Below, one piece after another: positions 63,755-64,000 of a stretch of 64,000 nt of DNA. The DNA is from Octopus sinensis (taxonomy: Eukaryota). The notes under the pieces were generated by a model. It was not told the DNA's origin and did no database searches. It saw only the letters and a list, made by a program, of their open reading frames with translations. Both the position numbers and the translations under genes were made by a program. Location: positions 57,536,001 to 57,600,000 of the forward strand of contig NC_043009.1 of the NCBI RefSeq assembly GCF_006345805.1, written 5' to 3'. Position 1 is the first letter of the stretch; each line of letters opens with the position of its first letter.

Positions 63755-63936
63755 GAGGGGGAGACTTGATTCCATAAACCCTAGTATTTGATTCGTACTT
63801 TATTTATCGACTCTGAAGAGATAAAAGAAAGGCAAAGTCGCCCTCGGTGGAATTTGAACTCAGAACGTAAAGACGAACGAAATGCCGCTAAGCATTTTGC
63901 CTGGCGTGCAAGCGATTCGGCCATCTTGCCGCCTTA
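63755..63936 (-). mobile_element. SINE family B
   Basis: Head and core. Confidence 0.8.
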
Positions 63937-64000
63937 ACCCCTATATTAACAGTAATAGGTGCTTTGGAGATGATTCTTGAAAGATATCGTGCAGACATAA

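Overview
AT-rich eukaryotic (animal) genomic window, dense in microsatellites and dominated by transposable-element debris. The repeat landscape resembles a cephalopod, probably Octopus; this is an inference from recalled repeat families and was not checked by a search. There is no intact, recognisable protein-coding gene, and nearly all long ORFs in the track are translated microsatellites. Supported features: at least four tRNA-derived SINE families; a short RTE-like non-autonomous retroposon with a 12-bp TSD and an HDV-ribozyme-like 5' end; decayed RTE, Tx1-like, CR1-like and R4/Dong LINEs; an element inserted in (AAT)n tracts; hAT, pogo-like and 6-bp-TSD MITEs; Helitrons; mariner, Tc1 and FLYWCH-MULE transposase remnants; several long foldback palindromes; and a 100-N gap. 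Three signals stand out. (1) Several minimal type I hammerhead ribozyme motifs from at least three unrelated short repeat families; the best sits in a Penelope-like direct/inverted repeat cassette at 20139-20749. (2) One SINE family forms head-to-tail multimers through the same recurrent junction at independent loci, suggesting self-targeted insertion or reverse transcription of a circular RNA. (3) A chain of low-confidence minus-strand candidate micro-exons and a 1-kb unique island with several small ORFs. All coordinates were counted by hand; the ends of decayed elements are approximate.
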